The notes beneath the pieces were generated by a model that saw only the letters and a list, made by a program, of their open reading frames with translations, made no database searches and was not told the origin of the DNA. A DNA stretch of 64,000 nt from positions 68,926-132,925 of the forward strand of contig JANRJQ010000014.1 of NCBI GenBank assembly GCA_033763895.1, given 5' to 3'. The translations under genes were made by a program, and so were the position numbers. The stretch is from Chloroherpetonaceae bacterium. Lineage in GTDB: Bacteria; Bacteroidota; Chlorobiia; Chlorobiales; Thermochlorobacteraceae. Of this stretch, positions 7,463 to 15,897 are shown piece by piece (the stretch's first letter is position 1; every line of letters starts with the position of its first letter).

Positions 7463-10342
7463 TCACCCCGTATTCTTCATTCCCGCCGCGATTCCGTTCA
7501 CGCTTGCACGTAAGAGCGTCAGCAAAGCCTTGCGCTGCTCATCTTCCGGCTCAAGAGCGCGAAACTGCTTCAACGCCGAAATTTGAATAAAGCTAATCGG
7601 GTCGAGATACGGATTGCGCAAGGTTATAGACTTTTGAAGCGTGAGGTCGTTTTCCAAAAGCGACTTTTGCTTGGTGAGCTCTAAAATGATTTTTTTCGTT
7701 CGCTCATATTCCCCTGAAATGACTTGCATCATACGCTCGGCATTGGCTTTATCGTGTGCGAGCTCCGCATACGAAGCCGCCACAAGCATATCCGATTTGC
7801 ATAAAATCATTTGAACATTATCAATCAGTGATTTGAAGAACCGCCACTTCTCATACATTTCTTGCAATGTTTCAAGCGATGTCCCCGCTTTCATTGCCGC
7901 TTCAATTCCCGAGCCCACGCCAAACCAATTCGGTAATGCTGCGCGGTTTTGCATCCACGAAAAAATCCACGGTATGGCACGCAGATCTTCAATACGCTTC
8001 TTCGCTCCGCGCCGTGCAGGCCGTGAGCCGATTTCCATTTGCTCGATGATATCAATCGGTGTGGCTTCTAAGAAAAAGGGCAAAAAGTCTTTATCGTCAT
8101 ACACCAAGCCTCGGTAAGCATTTTTAGCTTCCTCCGAAATCTTCGCCATTACGGTCTCCCACGCTTTAGGGTGCTTTGGCGAATGATGCTCAAGGCTCGC
8201 CACCATTACTGCAGAGACAATCCGTTCAAGATTCCGATTGGCGATGTGAGGCAATAAGTATTTGGCCGAGATGATTTCACCTTGCTCGGTGATTTTAATT
8301 TTTCCGTCAATCGTTCCCTCCGGCTGAGCCAAAATAGCTTGATGCACCGGCGCCCCGCCGCCGCGGCCGACCGTTCCGCCACGGCCGTGAAACAGCCGCA
8401 ATTTAATGCCGTAGTGTTCGGTAAGTGCCTTTAATCGGAACTGTGCGTTGTAAAGCTCCCAATTTGACGCAGCGACTCCTCCATCCTTGCTCGAATCGGA
8501 GTAGCCGATCATAATTTCCTGCACATTGCCACGGGCTTCCAAATGCTTACGATATACGGGGTTTTCAAAGAGCGATCGCATTAAGGTTTCGGAGCGTTGA
8601 AGATCGTCGATGGTTTCAAACAGTGGAACTATGGTTAAATCGCTTTCATATCCATCGTGGTCGTCTTGGCGTATCAAGGCAGCTTCTTTGGCGAGCAGCA
8701 AAACTTCGAGCACATGACTGGCTTTTTCCGTCATGCTGATGATGTAGCTTTGAATGGCTCTTGGAGAAATGAATTCCAATATTTTTCGAGCCTGACGAAA
8801 GACAGAAATGATTTCATTTGTTTCTTCACTAAAGGTCAGTTTGAAGGGAATCATTGGTCTTCGGCTATTGATTTCATTTGATAGCCACTTAATTTTTTCT
8901 TCTTCCGAGAGCTCTGAATATGATTTTGAAATTATCCTTAACTGTGCGGTGATTTCACCAATTGCCGTGGTATGCTTGGTGCTATGTTGCCGAAGATCGA
9001 GCGTTACGAATGAGAATCCAAAGATTTCTACTTGCCTAAGCATCGGTTCAAGCGTGTGCTTGGCAAGCCGAATTGTTTTAGGCTGCTTCAAACTTTTATA
9101 GATCACGCGAAGATCATCGATGTATTCCTTTTCTGAATGATAAGCATGCTCATGCAAATGATCTTTATCAACCGATTCAAGCGTACGCTGTAATCTGTAA
9201 TACATGTATCGGAGCTTAATCCGGTAGGCTTCGCTTCGATTCTTCCCCGCCCACTCTTTTTCAATATGTTCCTTTCCAATTACTTCATCATCTTTTTGAA
9301 TCGAGGCTAAGAGTTCATCAGAGACCTTCACTCTCGCGGTTGAAACACTAAGGCTCATAATGGCGGCTTCGAGTGACGCCAAGTATTTTTTGAGTATCAC
9401 GGTTTTGAGATAGCGCAAGGTTTCGCGCGTGACATCGTGCGTGACGAACGGATGCCCATCGCGGTCGCCACCCGTCCAAGAGTGAATCCGCAGAAATGGC
9501 GGAATGTGAAATTCAGCTTCGGGGTAATGCGCTTTAAGAGATTGCTCCAATTCGTGATAAAGCGCCGGGATAATCGGATAGAACACACGCTCGAGGTAGT
9601 ATAACTGACTTTGAACCTCGTCTTTCACCGTAAGTTTTGTAGATCGCGCTTCTTCAGTTTGCCATAACGAAGTAATTTGATAGTAGAGTTCTTCCATCAT
9701 TTCCATTCGTTCGCGCTCGCTGTGGTTTGGGTTATCGAGCCGCTCTAAAATGGTTGCAATATGACGCCGCTTCCGAAGAATGGTGTGGCGCAATGCCTCG
9801 GTGGGGTGAGCCGTAAGCGTGGGAAGAATTTCAAGATTTGAAAGGAGGGCTTTAATGTCATCTGCCTTTATCCCGCGCGATTTCAACCCGCGAATGGTTT
9901 CTTCAATTGCTCCCGGAAGAATATTCCCGCCTGCGGCTGCTTTGCGTTCGCGGCGAATAAAGTGATACATATCGGCCACATTGAGCAAATGAAAATATGT
10001 TCCGAATGCACGGATTAAATCAAGTGATTCTCTTTGGCTTAAGCCTTTAATGATTTCAGTGAGTGCCTTTACCCCACCATCAAATTGGTCTTGATTGGAG
10101 GATGACGGTGATTTACTTCGAAGATCTTTACAGAGCAGACGAATTTTTTCTTCTAACTCTAAAAATGAACTTCCTTCTTGCTCAGTAAGCACATCGCCCA
10201 AAATATTCCCGAGCATTTTCACATCATCGTGCAAGCGATTCTCGCCGTTTTGAAATAGATCATGTTGATGCGAGTCGATTTTCGCGCTTTGTTCTAAATG
10301 GCTTTGTGGAACAAGGATTTCAGGTTGGGTTTCTGTTTTCAT
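7463..10342 (-). CDS. ppc: Phosphoenolpyruvate carboxylase
   Basis: Contains the canonical motifs TAHPTE, GYSDSSKDGG, FHGRGGTVGRGGGP-like, and the C-terminal ...NGIAAGMKNTG. Start set to the ATG at 10342 (MKTETQ...), preceded by AAGGAG. The 42 upstream codons of the tracked ORF look spurious. Confidence 0.95.
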   Translation of the reverse strand: MKTETQPEILVPQSHLEQSAKIDSHQHDLFQNGENRLHDDVKMLGNILGDVLTEQEGSSFLELEEKIRLLCKDLRSKSPSSSNQDQFDGGVKALTEIIKGLSQRESLDLIRAFGTYFHLLNVADMYHFIRRERKAAAGGNILPGAIEETIRGLKSRGIKADDIKALLSNLEILPTLTAHPTEALRHTILRKRRHIATILERLDNPNHSERERMEMMEELYYQITSLWQTEEARSTKLTVKDEVQSQLYYLERVFYPIIPALYHELEQSLKAHYPEAEFHIPPFLRIHSWTGGDRDGHPFVTHDVTRETLRYLKTVILKKYLASLEAAIMSLSVSTARVKVSDELLASIQKDDEVIGKEHIEKEWAGKNRSEAYRIKLRYMYYRLQRTLESVDKDHLHEHAYHSEKEYIDDLRVIYKSLKQPKTIRLAKHTLEPMLRQVEIFGFSFVTLDLRQHSTKHTTAIGEITAQLRIISKSYSELSEEEKIKWLSNEINSRRPMIPFKLTFSEETNEIISVFRQARKILEFISPRAIQSYIISMTEKASHVLEVLLLAKEAALIRQDDHDGYESDLTIVPLFETIDDLQRSETLMRSLFENPVYRKHLEARGNVQEIMIGYSDSSKDGGVAASNWELYNAQFRLKALTEHYGIKLRLFHGRGGTVGRGGGAPVHQAILAQPEGTIDGKIKITEQGEIISAKYLLPHIANRNLERIVSAVMVASLEHHSPKHPKAWETVMAKISEEAKNAYRGLVYDDKDFLPFFLEATPIDIIEQMEIGSRPARRGAKKRIEDLRAIPWIFSWMQNRAALPNWFGVGSGIEAAMKAGTSLETLQEMYEKWRFFKSLIDNVQMILCKSDMLVAASYAELAHDKANAERMMQVISGEYERTKKIILELTKQKSLLENDLTLQKSITLRNPYLDPISFIQISALKQFRALEPEDEQRKALLTLLRASVNGIAAGMKNTG

Positions 10343-10489
10343 AGCGGTACTCCTTAGGTTAATTATTGGTTTCAATGTACGGATTGACCCATTGAGATTC
10401 AAAGCCGTTTCTATCTCTCTCCGAATCGAGTTTTCATTGTATTTTAGGATTAACTCGGTGGTTATCACCCGAAAATCTTAGGATCATCA

Positions 10490-11497
10490 ATGCCATATTC
10501 AAAACCTGCGGCCTCTGCGCCTTCATCAGTTGAAAAAGAAATTGCCAAGCTTCGCGACCGAATCAATCGTGAATTGATTACCGTTTTTCCGCAAACCCAG
10601 CCGAAGTCACTCTATGAACCGGCTCGGTATATCATCACCGGAAGTGGCAAACGCATTCGCCCAATTTTGGTGATTATTGGCGCAAAGTGCATTTCAAATA
10701 AAGTGGATGCGGTTATGCCCGTCGCTCTTGCCGTTGAAATTCTCCACAACTTCACGCTTGTGCATGATGACATTATGGATAAGGCCGACCTTCGCCACGG
10801 CCGCGAAACTGTTCACAAAAAGTGGGATATCGATACCGCCATTCTTTCGGGCGATGTCATGCACGCGATTTCCTATCAACTCATCACCCGCTCGAAAGTC
10901 AAAAATCCACTCCCAATTCTTGATTTGTTTCTTTCGGCCACCATTACCGTTTGCGACGGACAAGCCTTCGATAAAGAATTTGAAACCCGCCACAATGTCA
11001 CCTTGCCCGAGTACCTCACAATGATTGATTACAAAACAGGTCGCTTAATTTCAGCTGCACTTGAAATGGGTGGCCTTGCCGTCGGCGCAACCAGCATTCA
11101 AGCCAAAGCCCTGCGCGACTTCGGTAGTTCAATTGGCCGCGCCTTTCAAATTCAAGATGATTTATTAGATGTAATGGGCGGCGAAAAGTCGGGCAAAACC
11201 GTGGGCGGAGACATCATTGAAGGCAAAAAAACTTTTCTCCTCCTTAAATCTCTTGAGCTCGCCAAAGGTAAAGACCGAGCACTTCTTCAAACTGTAATCA
11301 AAGAAAAGGGCATTGATAAATCCCGCGTACCTGAAGTGAAGGCGGTCTTTGAAAAGTGTGGTGCAGTTCAAGAAGCCAAGAATGCTATCGAAACGGAATA
11401 CAATAAAGCCCTGAAACTTGCCTCTAAACTTCCCAATAAAGACGGCCGCGACATGCTGCTCGGCCTTGCGGCCTATTTGATGAAGAGAGACTATTAG
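10490..11497 (+). CDS. Polyprenyl diphosphate synthase (trans-isoprenyl diphosphate synthase family)
   Basis: 335 aa with FARM (LVHDDIMD) and SARM (IQDDLLD) aspartate-rich motifs. Confidence 0.9.
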   Translation: MPYSKPAASAPSSVEKEIAKLRDRINRELITVFPQTQPKSLYEPARYIITGSGKRIRPILVIIGAKCISNKVDAVMPVALAVEILHNFTLVHDDIMDKADLRHGRETVHKKWDIDTAILSGDVMHAISYQLITRSKVKNPLPILDLFLSATITVCDGQAFDKEFETRHNVTLPEYLTMIDYKTGRLISAALEMGGLAVGATSIQAKALRDFGSSIGRAFQIQDDLLDVMGGEKSGKTVGGDIIEGKKTFLLLKSLELAKGKDRALLQTVIKEKGIDKSRVPEVKAVFEKCGAVQEAKNAIETEYNKALKLASKLPNKDGRDMLLGLAAYLMKRDY

Positions 11498-11737
11498 GAA
11501 TTTTAGAATTGTGAGTTGCGAGTTAAGAAATAAGAGTTAAGGATAAAAGTCGAAATTCACCAAATAGGACATACCGAGATTTATGATGCTCGTCAAGCTC
11601 GCGATGCAGCGCGTCCGCAATCCTTCATGAAAAGAATTTTACGTTTCTTTTAATCCTCTTTTCTTTCCTTCTTTATTTCTCCCTTCAAAATTCTATATTT
11701 CATCGCCTGAATTTATTGCACATTAAACAAACCATTT

Positions 11738-13132
11738 ATGTTCCAATTTCTTGATCGTGAGCATTCTATTGCCCCGCCCAATTTCAATCGTTGGCTGTTT
11801 CCGCCGGCGGCACTTGCTGTTCATCTTTGCATCGGCCAAGTGTATGGTCTCTCCGTTTTCAACATTCCAATGACAAAGCTTATCGGGATTACAGAACCGG
11901 CAAAAGGGCTTGATTGGACAATTCCCGACCTTGGGTGGATATTTAGTATTGCTCTCGCAATGCTCGGGCTCTCCGCCGCCTTTTTTGGAAAATGGGTTGA
12001 GCTTTCAGGTCCAAGGAAAACGATGTTTGCATCTGCTATATGTTGGTCGGTCGGATTTTTTATCGGTGCGCTCGGCATTTGGCTGCATCAGCTTTGGATT
12101 GTGTATTTCGGTTACGGTGTCGTTGGCGGCATTGGGCTTGGACTTGGGTATATCTCCCCTGTTTCGACGCTGATGAAATGGTTTCCGGACCGCCCCGGAA
12201 TGGCCACGGGAATTGCGATTATGGGTTTTGGTGGTGGCGCAATGATTGGCTCTCCACTTGCCGTTGAATTGATGAATACCTTTAAAACGCCATCGTCAAT
12301 GGGCGTTTGGGAAACTTTTTTAGTGATGGGTGCCATCTATCTTGTCTTTATGCTTTTCGGTGCGTTTGCAGCACGTGTGCCTGCACCGGATTGGAAACCG
12401 GTCGGATTTAATCCCTCTGTGCTTCCCAAAAAATTGGTAACCTCAGCCAATGTGAGTGCCGATGCTGCAATTTCAACACCTCAGTTTTGGCTGCTTTGGG
12501 GGGTGCTTTGTATGAATGTCACGGCGGGAATTGGCGTTTTAGGTCAGGCTTCGCCGATGATTCAGGAAATGTTTCTTCTCAAAAAATTTCGCGATGCGGG
12601 CATGAGTGAAGCCGATGTGGTGAAAATGGCAGCCGCAGCGGGCGGCGGATTCACGGCTTTGCTTTCGCTTTTTAATTTGGTTGGTCGATTTTTTTGGTCG
12701 TCTCTTTCCGATAAGTTTGGGCGAAAGGTGAACTATATAATTTACCTCGGCTTAGGAACGCTGCTTTATGCGCTGATTCCAACAACCGGTCAACTTGGCA
12801 GCGTGGTGCTTTTTGTCGTGCTCTTTTCGGTGATTATGAGCATGTACGGCGGCGGATTCGCGACAATTCCCGCCTACCTGCGTGATCTCTTCGGCACAAT
12901 GCAAGTGGGTGCAATTCACGGGCGATTGCTCACGGCGTGGTCTGTTGCGGCGGTGCTTGGGCCGGTGCTGGTGAATTACATTCGGGAGTATCAAATTAGC
13001 GTGGGTGTCGCGAAGGCCGATGCCTATAACATCACGATGTACATAATGGCGGGGTTATTGGTCGTTGGGTTTATCTGCAATTTTTTGGTAAGGGAAGTCG
13101 CTGAAAAATATCATCATAAGGAGGTTATTTAA
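11738..13132 (+). CDS. MFS transporter, oxalate/formate antiporter (OFA) family
   Basis: 464 aa and polytopic. The N-terminus (NRWLFPPAALAVHLCIGQVYGLSVF) is typical of the OFA family. Confidence 0.85.
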   Translation: MFQFLDREHSIAPPNFNRWLFPPAALAVHLCIGQVYGLSVFNIPMTKLIGITEPAKGLDWTIPDLGWIFSIALAMLGLSAAFFGKWVELSGPRKTMFASAICWSVGFFIGALGIWLHQLWIVYFGYGVVGGIGLGLGYISPVSTLMKWFPDRPGMATGIAIMGFGGGAMIGSPLAVELMNTFKTPSSMGVWETFLVMGAIYLVFMLFGAFAARVPAPDWKPVGFNPSVLPKKLVTSANVSADAAISTPQFWLLWGVLCMNVTAGIGVLGQASPMIQEMFLLKKFRDAGMSEADVVKMAAAAGGGFTALLSLFNLVGRFFWSSLSDKFGRKVNYIIYLGLGTLLYALIPTTGQLGSVVLFVVLFSVIMSMYGGGFATIPAYLRDLFGTMQVGAIHGRLLTAWSVAAVLGPVLVNYIREYQISVGVAKADAYNITMYIMAGLLVVGFICNFLVREVAEKYHHKEVI

Positions 13133-13273
13133 ATGGAAAAAAATCTTCAATCACAACCGGAAGCGTCATCGTCACAAACCGTGAAACTTGTCCTTTACTG
13201 GCTCATTGTGGGTGTGCCCTCGCTGTGGGCGGTATGGCAAGTGGTGGTGAAATCGGCGGTGCTTTTTAAGTAA
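13133..13273 (+). CDS. MFS transporter small subunit (46-aa single-TM peptide)
   Basis: Not in the ORF track because it is under 60 aa. The ATG follows the MFS stop codon (13130-13132) directly. Sequence: MEKNLQSQPEASSSQTVKLVLYWLIVGVPSLWAVWQVVVKSAVLFK*. Small peptides of this kind directly downstream of OFA transporters are annotated as MFS small subunits. Confidence 0.65.
   Translation: MEKNLQSQPEASSSQTVKLVLYWLIVGVPSLWAVWQVVVKSAVLFK
13199..13273 (+). repeat. Copy 1 of the 75-bp small-subunit 3'-end repeat (part of the intact gene)
   Basis: tggctcattgtgggtgtgccctcgctgtgggcggtatggcaagtggtggtgaaatcggcggtgctttttaagtaa. Confidence 0.95.
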
Positions 13274-13321
13274 TAGCAGGATTAACTCGCATTAACCTAT
13301 ATCTTGATTTTATTCTTGACC

Positions 13322-13353
13322 AAAAAAAGGCGCATCTTAAATGCGCCTTTTCC
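13322..13353. terminator. Bidirectional rho-independent terminator
   Basis: aaaggcgcat-cttaa-atgcgccttt hairpin flanked by an A-run and a T-run, between convergent genes. Confidence 0.6.
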
Positions 13354-13371
13354 TTCTTTAAAGATCAAATT

Positions 13372-14814
13372 TTACTTGATAAGCATCATCTTTTTTGTTT
13401 CAGTGAACGACCCCGAGACCAATTTATAGAAGTAAATGCCCGACGCAAGATTGTTTCCATTAAAGGGAATCGTGTAAACACCTGCTTCTTTAACCCCATT
13501 TTCTAAAGTTGCAACTTCTCTTCCCAACAAATCATAAATCTTCAACTCAACCCGCGACGCAGACGGAATGTTGTATCGAATTGTGGTGGTTGGATTAAAT
13601 GGGTTCGGTGTGTTTTGCAACAACTCGAATTTTCTTGGCAAATTTTGAACTGTATTCTCAATCACTCTATCTCCAATGCCTATTGCAAATTCTCCAAATG
13701 CTGTTAAATCATTAACGATAACATTCGGGAAAATTTTCAATATGGTTAAGCGTTGAAATGCGCTCTCGACATTTTTCCACGCTGAGGTTTTATTTGGACG
13801 GTAAAGAATTTGTACTTTTTCTGCTGACGGATTGCCTTCAACTTCTCCAACATTCACAATGAGATTATATCTTAACCCTACCGTTGAAATGCTTCCTGTT
13901 TGTTCAATCACCCAATATCTTGAGTTGGAGAGCGATTCAATACCCGGAGGCAATGCGCCGACTAACGTAGGATTTTGTTCAATTGAGCCTCTAATTTGAA
14001 AGGTTGACTCCCGGTTTTGTGTCACATTCAACATAAACTCTTTAGAACCCAAAAGATATGCCCCGGTTTCATTTTGCCTTATTGTTGTGTTAGCATTATT
14101 ATCCTTAAGTGACACCAATTGGGTAAAGGGATCAAACGAAAAACTAAGTTGTGGTTCGTTTCCTGTGTTTATTTTTCTAATAACGAATGGAATCCTATTT
14201 CCACTTAGGCTTCCCCTAATAACCGAATTAAATTGCGTTAAATCAAAAGGATCACTCAACTTTGTACCGCCAATATATAATTCTTGAATAGTATTGTTTT
14301 CCGGGAAGGAGATATTTTCAATTGGAACGCCATCTACGATTACCATATTTATAGATGGAGCATTTCTTAGATCGACTTCTCTCAAAGGCATCTCTGAAAC
14401 CCAAAAACTAGTTAAACTTGGTTTATTTCCAAGCAGTAAAGTTTTCGCGTTTTTTAATCTCCAAACTTGAAGGAGCTGAATTTTTTCATTTTGAGTGAGA
14501 TCAATTTCCTCAACCAACCCATCTGATAAAGCAAATTGCGTCAACTCTTTGAATGCTTCAATTCCTTTAAAGGATCTAATATTTCTTGCTTCGTTTATTA
14601 CGAGAGGATCAAAAAACGATATGCTGGTTATATCACTAACCTTTGGATTAGTAAAGGTAACGGTTTGTGCTGCATCATCTTTCGTGACGCCTGTGAAGCT
14701 TTTTACAAGTACTTCTCTGAAATTTTGATCCTGAATACTGACCGTTTGGGCATTCAGCGAAATCGCGGAAGCCAGCAACAAAACAAAAAATGTATTTTTC
14801 ATCATATTCATCAT
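13372..14814 (-). CDS. T9SS-sorted leucine-rich-repeat surface protein
   Basis: Signal peptide (MMNMMKNTFFVLLLASAISLNAQ), LRR segments, and a C-terminal T9SS domain (PNPFNPTTTIRYNI...GIYFYKLVSGSFTETKKMMLIK). The start lies among several Met codons at 14802-14871. Confidence 0.8.
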   Translation of the reverse strand: MMNMMKNTFFVLLLASAISLNAQTVSIQDQNFREVLVKSFTGVTKDDAAQTVTFTNPKVSDITSISFFDPLVINEARNIRSFKGIEAFKELTQFALSDGLVEEIDLTQNEKIQLLQVWRLKNAKTLLLGNKPSLTSFWVSEMPLREVDLRNAPSINMVIVDGVPIENISFPENNTIQELYIGGTKLSDPFDLTQFNSVIRGSLSGNRIPFVIRKINTGNEPQLSFSFDPFTQLVSLKDNNANTTIRQNETGAYLLGSKEFMLNVTQNRESTFQIRGSIEQNPTLVGALPPGIESLSNSRYWVIEQTGSISTVGLRYNLIVNVGEVEGNPSAEKVQILYRPNKTSAWKNVESAFQRLTILKIFPNVIVNDLTAFGEFAIGIGDRVIENTVQNLPRKFELLQNTPNPFNPTTTIRYNIPSASRVELKIYDLLGREVATLENGVKEAGVYTIPFNGNNLASGIYFYKLVSGSFTETKKMMLIK

Positions 14815-15024
14815 TCGAGCAATTTGGGTTAAAAGAAAAAAGGCACAACAACTTTTATTAAACATAAACATTTTATTAAAAAGTTTTCATAAAAATTTTC
14901 TAACGCCGTTTTCTGTTATTTTTGTTTAATTAAAGACCTCTCTTGCAAGCATTACTGGAAAAATTGAAATGTGTTTAAGGTTTCACTAAAGGCCGCAAAT
15001 AAGTTTATAAGATAAGCAGAGAAT

Positions 15025-15099
15025 TGGCTCATTGTGGGCGTGCCCTCGCTGTGGGCGGTTTGGCAAGTGGTGGTGAAATCGGCCGTGCTTTTTAAGTAA
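15025..15099 (+). repeat. Copy 2 of the 75-bp small-subunit 3'-end repeat (truncated, no start codon)
   Basis: It encodes the identical 24 aa plus stop. The three differences from copy 1 are all silent. An in-frame TAA lies at 15013-15015 just upstream. Confidence 0.9.
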
Positions 15100-15141
15100 A
15101 AAAAATGGGGAATATCAATGCCCCACCTGATGAGAACGGGT

Positions 15142-15660
15142 TCACCGATTTAGAAAGTACTCTCGAAAATCTGCCATTTCTTTTCGCTCAAGCGCCACAT
15201 ATTTTTCAAAGATTTGTTTCCCAACTTGATGTTCCAACGCTGAGATCCCAACATCTATCAACCTTAAACCGGTGCTGGTGAGAAAAATATTATCAAAGGC
15301 TAATCCGCCGATATTAGACGGTCTTTTCAGATCGCGGTGTACAAATCCTGCTCGTTGTAACGCTGTCAATTCATCTTCGAACACTTCGACCCACAGTTCT
15401 CTTCTTTCAACTTCCTATGCTCTGAAATCAATCGGATAAAGCCGCCGCATAACAAGCATTTCTACTTGAATCGGTTCATTGAATTCTAATCGGAGAAATT
15501 TGACGACCAGATGATTAATCTCATTGGCAAACTTCATCTTTGCAGCTTCGCTGCCGATTTCAGAGCGCGAATCCCCAATAAATAATTTGCCAACTTCCGT
15601 GTCCCTTAAACCAATGACTGTATTATTCGCACCTGCTGAAAGTTTGCGTGGGTATTTCAT
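15142..15660 (-). pseudogene. Minimal protein-kinase-like gene interrupted by one in-frame TAG
   Basis: The two tracked ORFs (15415-15846 and 15142-15384) are in the same frame, separated only by a TAG at 15415-15417. The downstream half has the catalytic-loop-like FVHRDLKRPSN and LIDVG (DFG-like). The upstream half has SAGANNTVIG...VGKLF (G-loop/Lys-like). The likely ATG is at 15660. Confidence 0.55.
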
Positions 15661-15765
15661 TTTTTTCGCAAATGAAAAGTGAAATGCTTCGTGTTTATTA
15701 AAATCTCTGATTCCTAACTGAAATAAAATACCTAAACATGAATGTGAAACCTCAGACAAATAAAG

Positions 15766-15879
15766 ATGATGATGAGCCTTCACAAGGTGCAATTTGTGAT
15801 TTATTGGCTTATTGTGGGCGTGCCCTCGCTGTGGGCAGTATGGCAAGTGGTGGTGAAATCGGCGGTGCTTTTTAAGTGA
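15766..15879 (+). CDS. Possible second, shorter MFS-small-subunit-like ORF (37 aa) containing repeat copy 3
   Basis: MMMSLHKVQFVIYWLIVGVPSLWAVWQVVVKSAVLFK*. The last 24 aa are identical to those of the gene at 13133-13273. Homology extends a further 7 codons upstream (VQFVIYW vs VKLVLYW). No adjacent transporter gene. Confidence 0.35.
   Translation: MMMSLHKVQFVIYWLIVGVPSLWAVWQVVVKSAVLFK
15805..15879 (+). repeat. Copy 3 of the 75-bp small-subunit 3'-end repeat
   Basis: It encodes the same 24 aa. Differences from copy 1 are silent (ctt, ggc, gca) and the stop is TGA instead of TAA. Confidence 0.9.
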
Positions 15880-15897
15880 TTAAATTGACTTTTTTTA

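Noticed and set aside
10343-10468. 42-codon N-terminal extension of ppc
   Set aside because: The internal ATG at 10342 has an AAGGAG RBS, and the extension has no PEPC-like sequence.
11498-11737. Possible riboswitch or leader upstream of the OFA transporter
   Set aside because: I saw no conserved riboswitch core or convincing terminator/antiterminator pair. Part of the region is a fragment of the dispersed repeat family.
15661-15846. N-terminal 62 codons of the tracked ORF 15415-15846
   Set aside because: This part reads antisense through repeat copy 3 and gives a His/Leu-rich non-protein-like sequence. The kinase-like homology begins near the Met at 15660.
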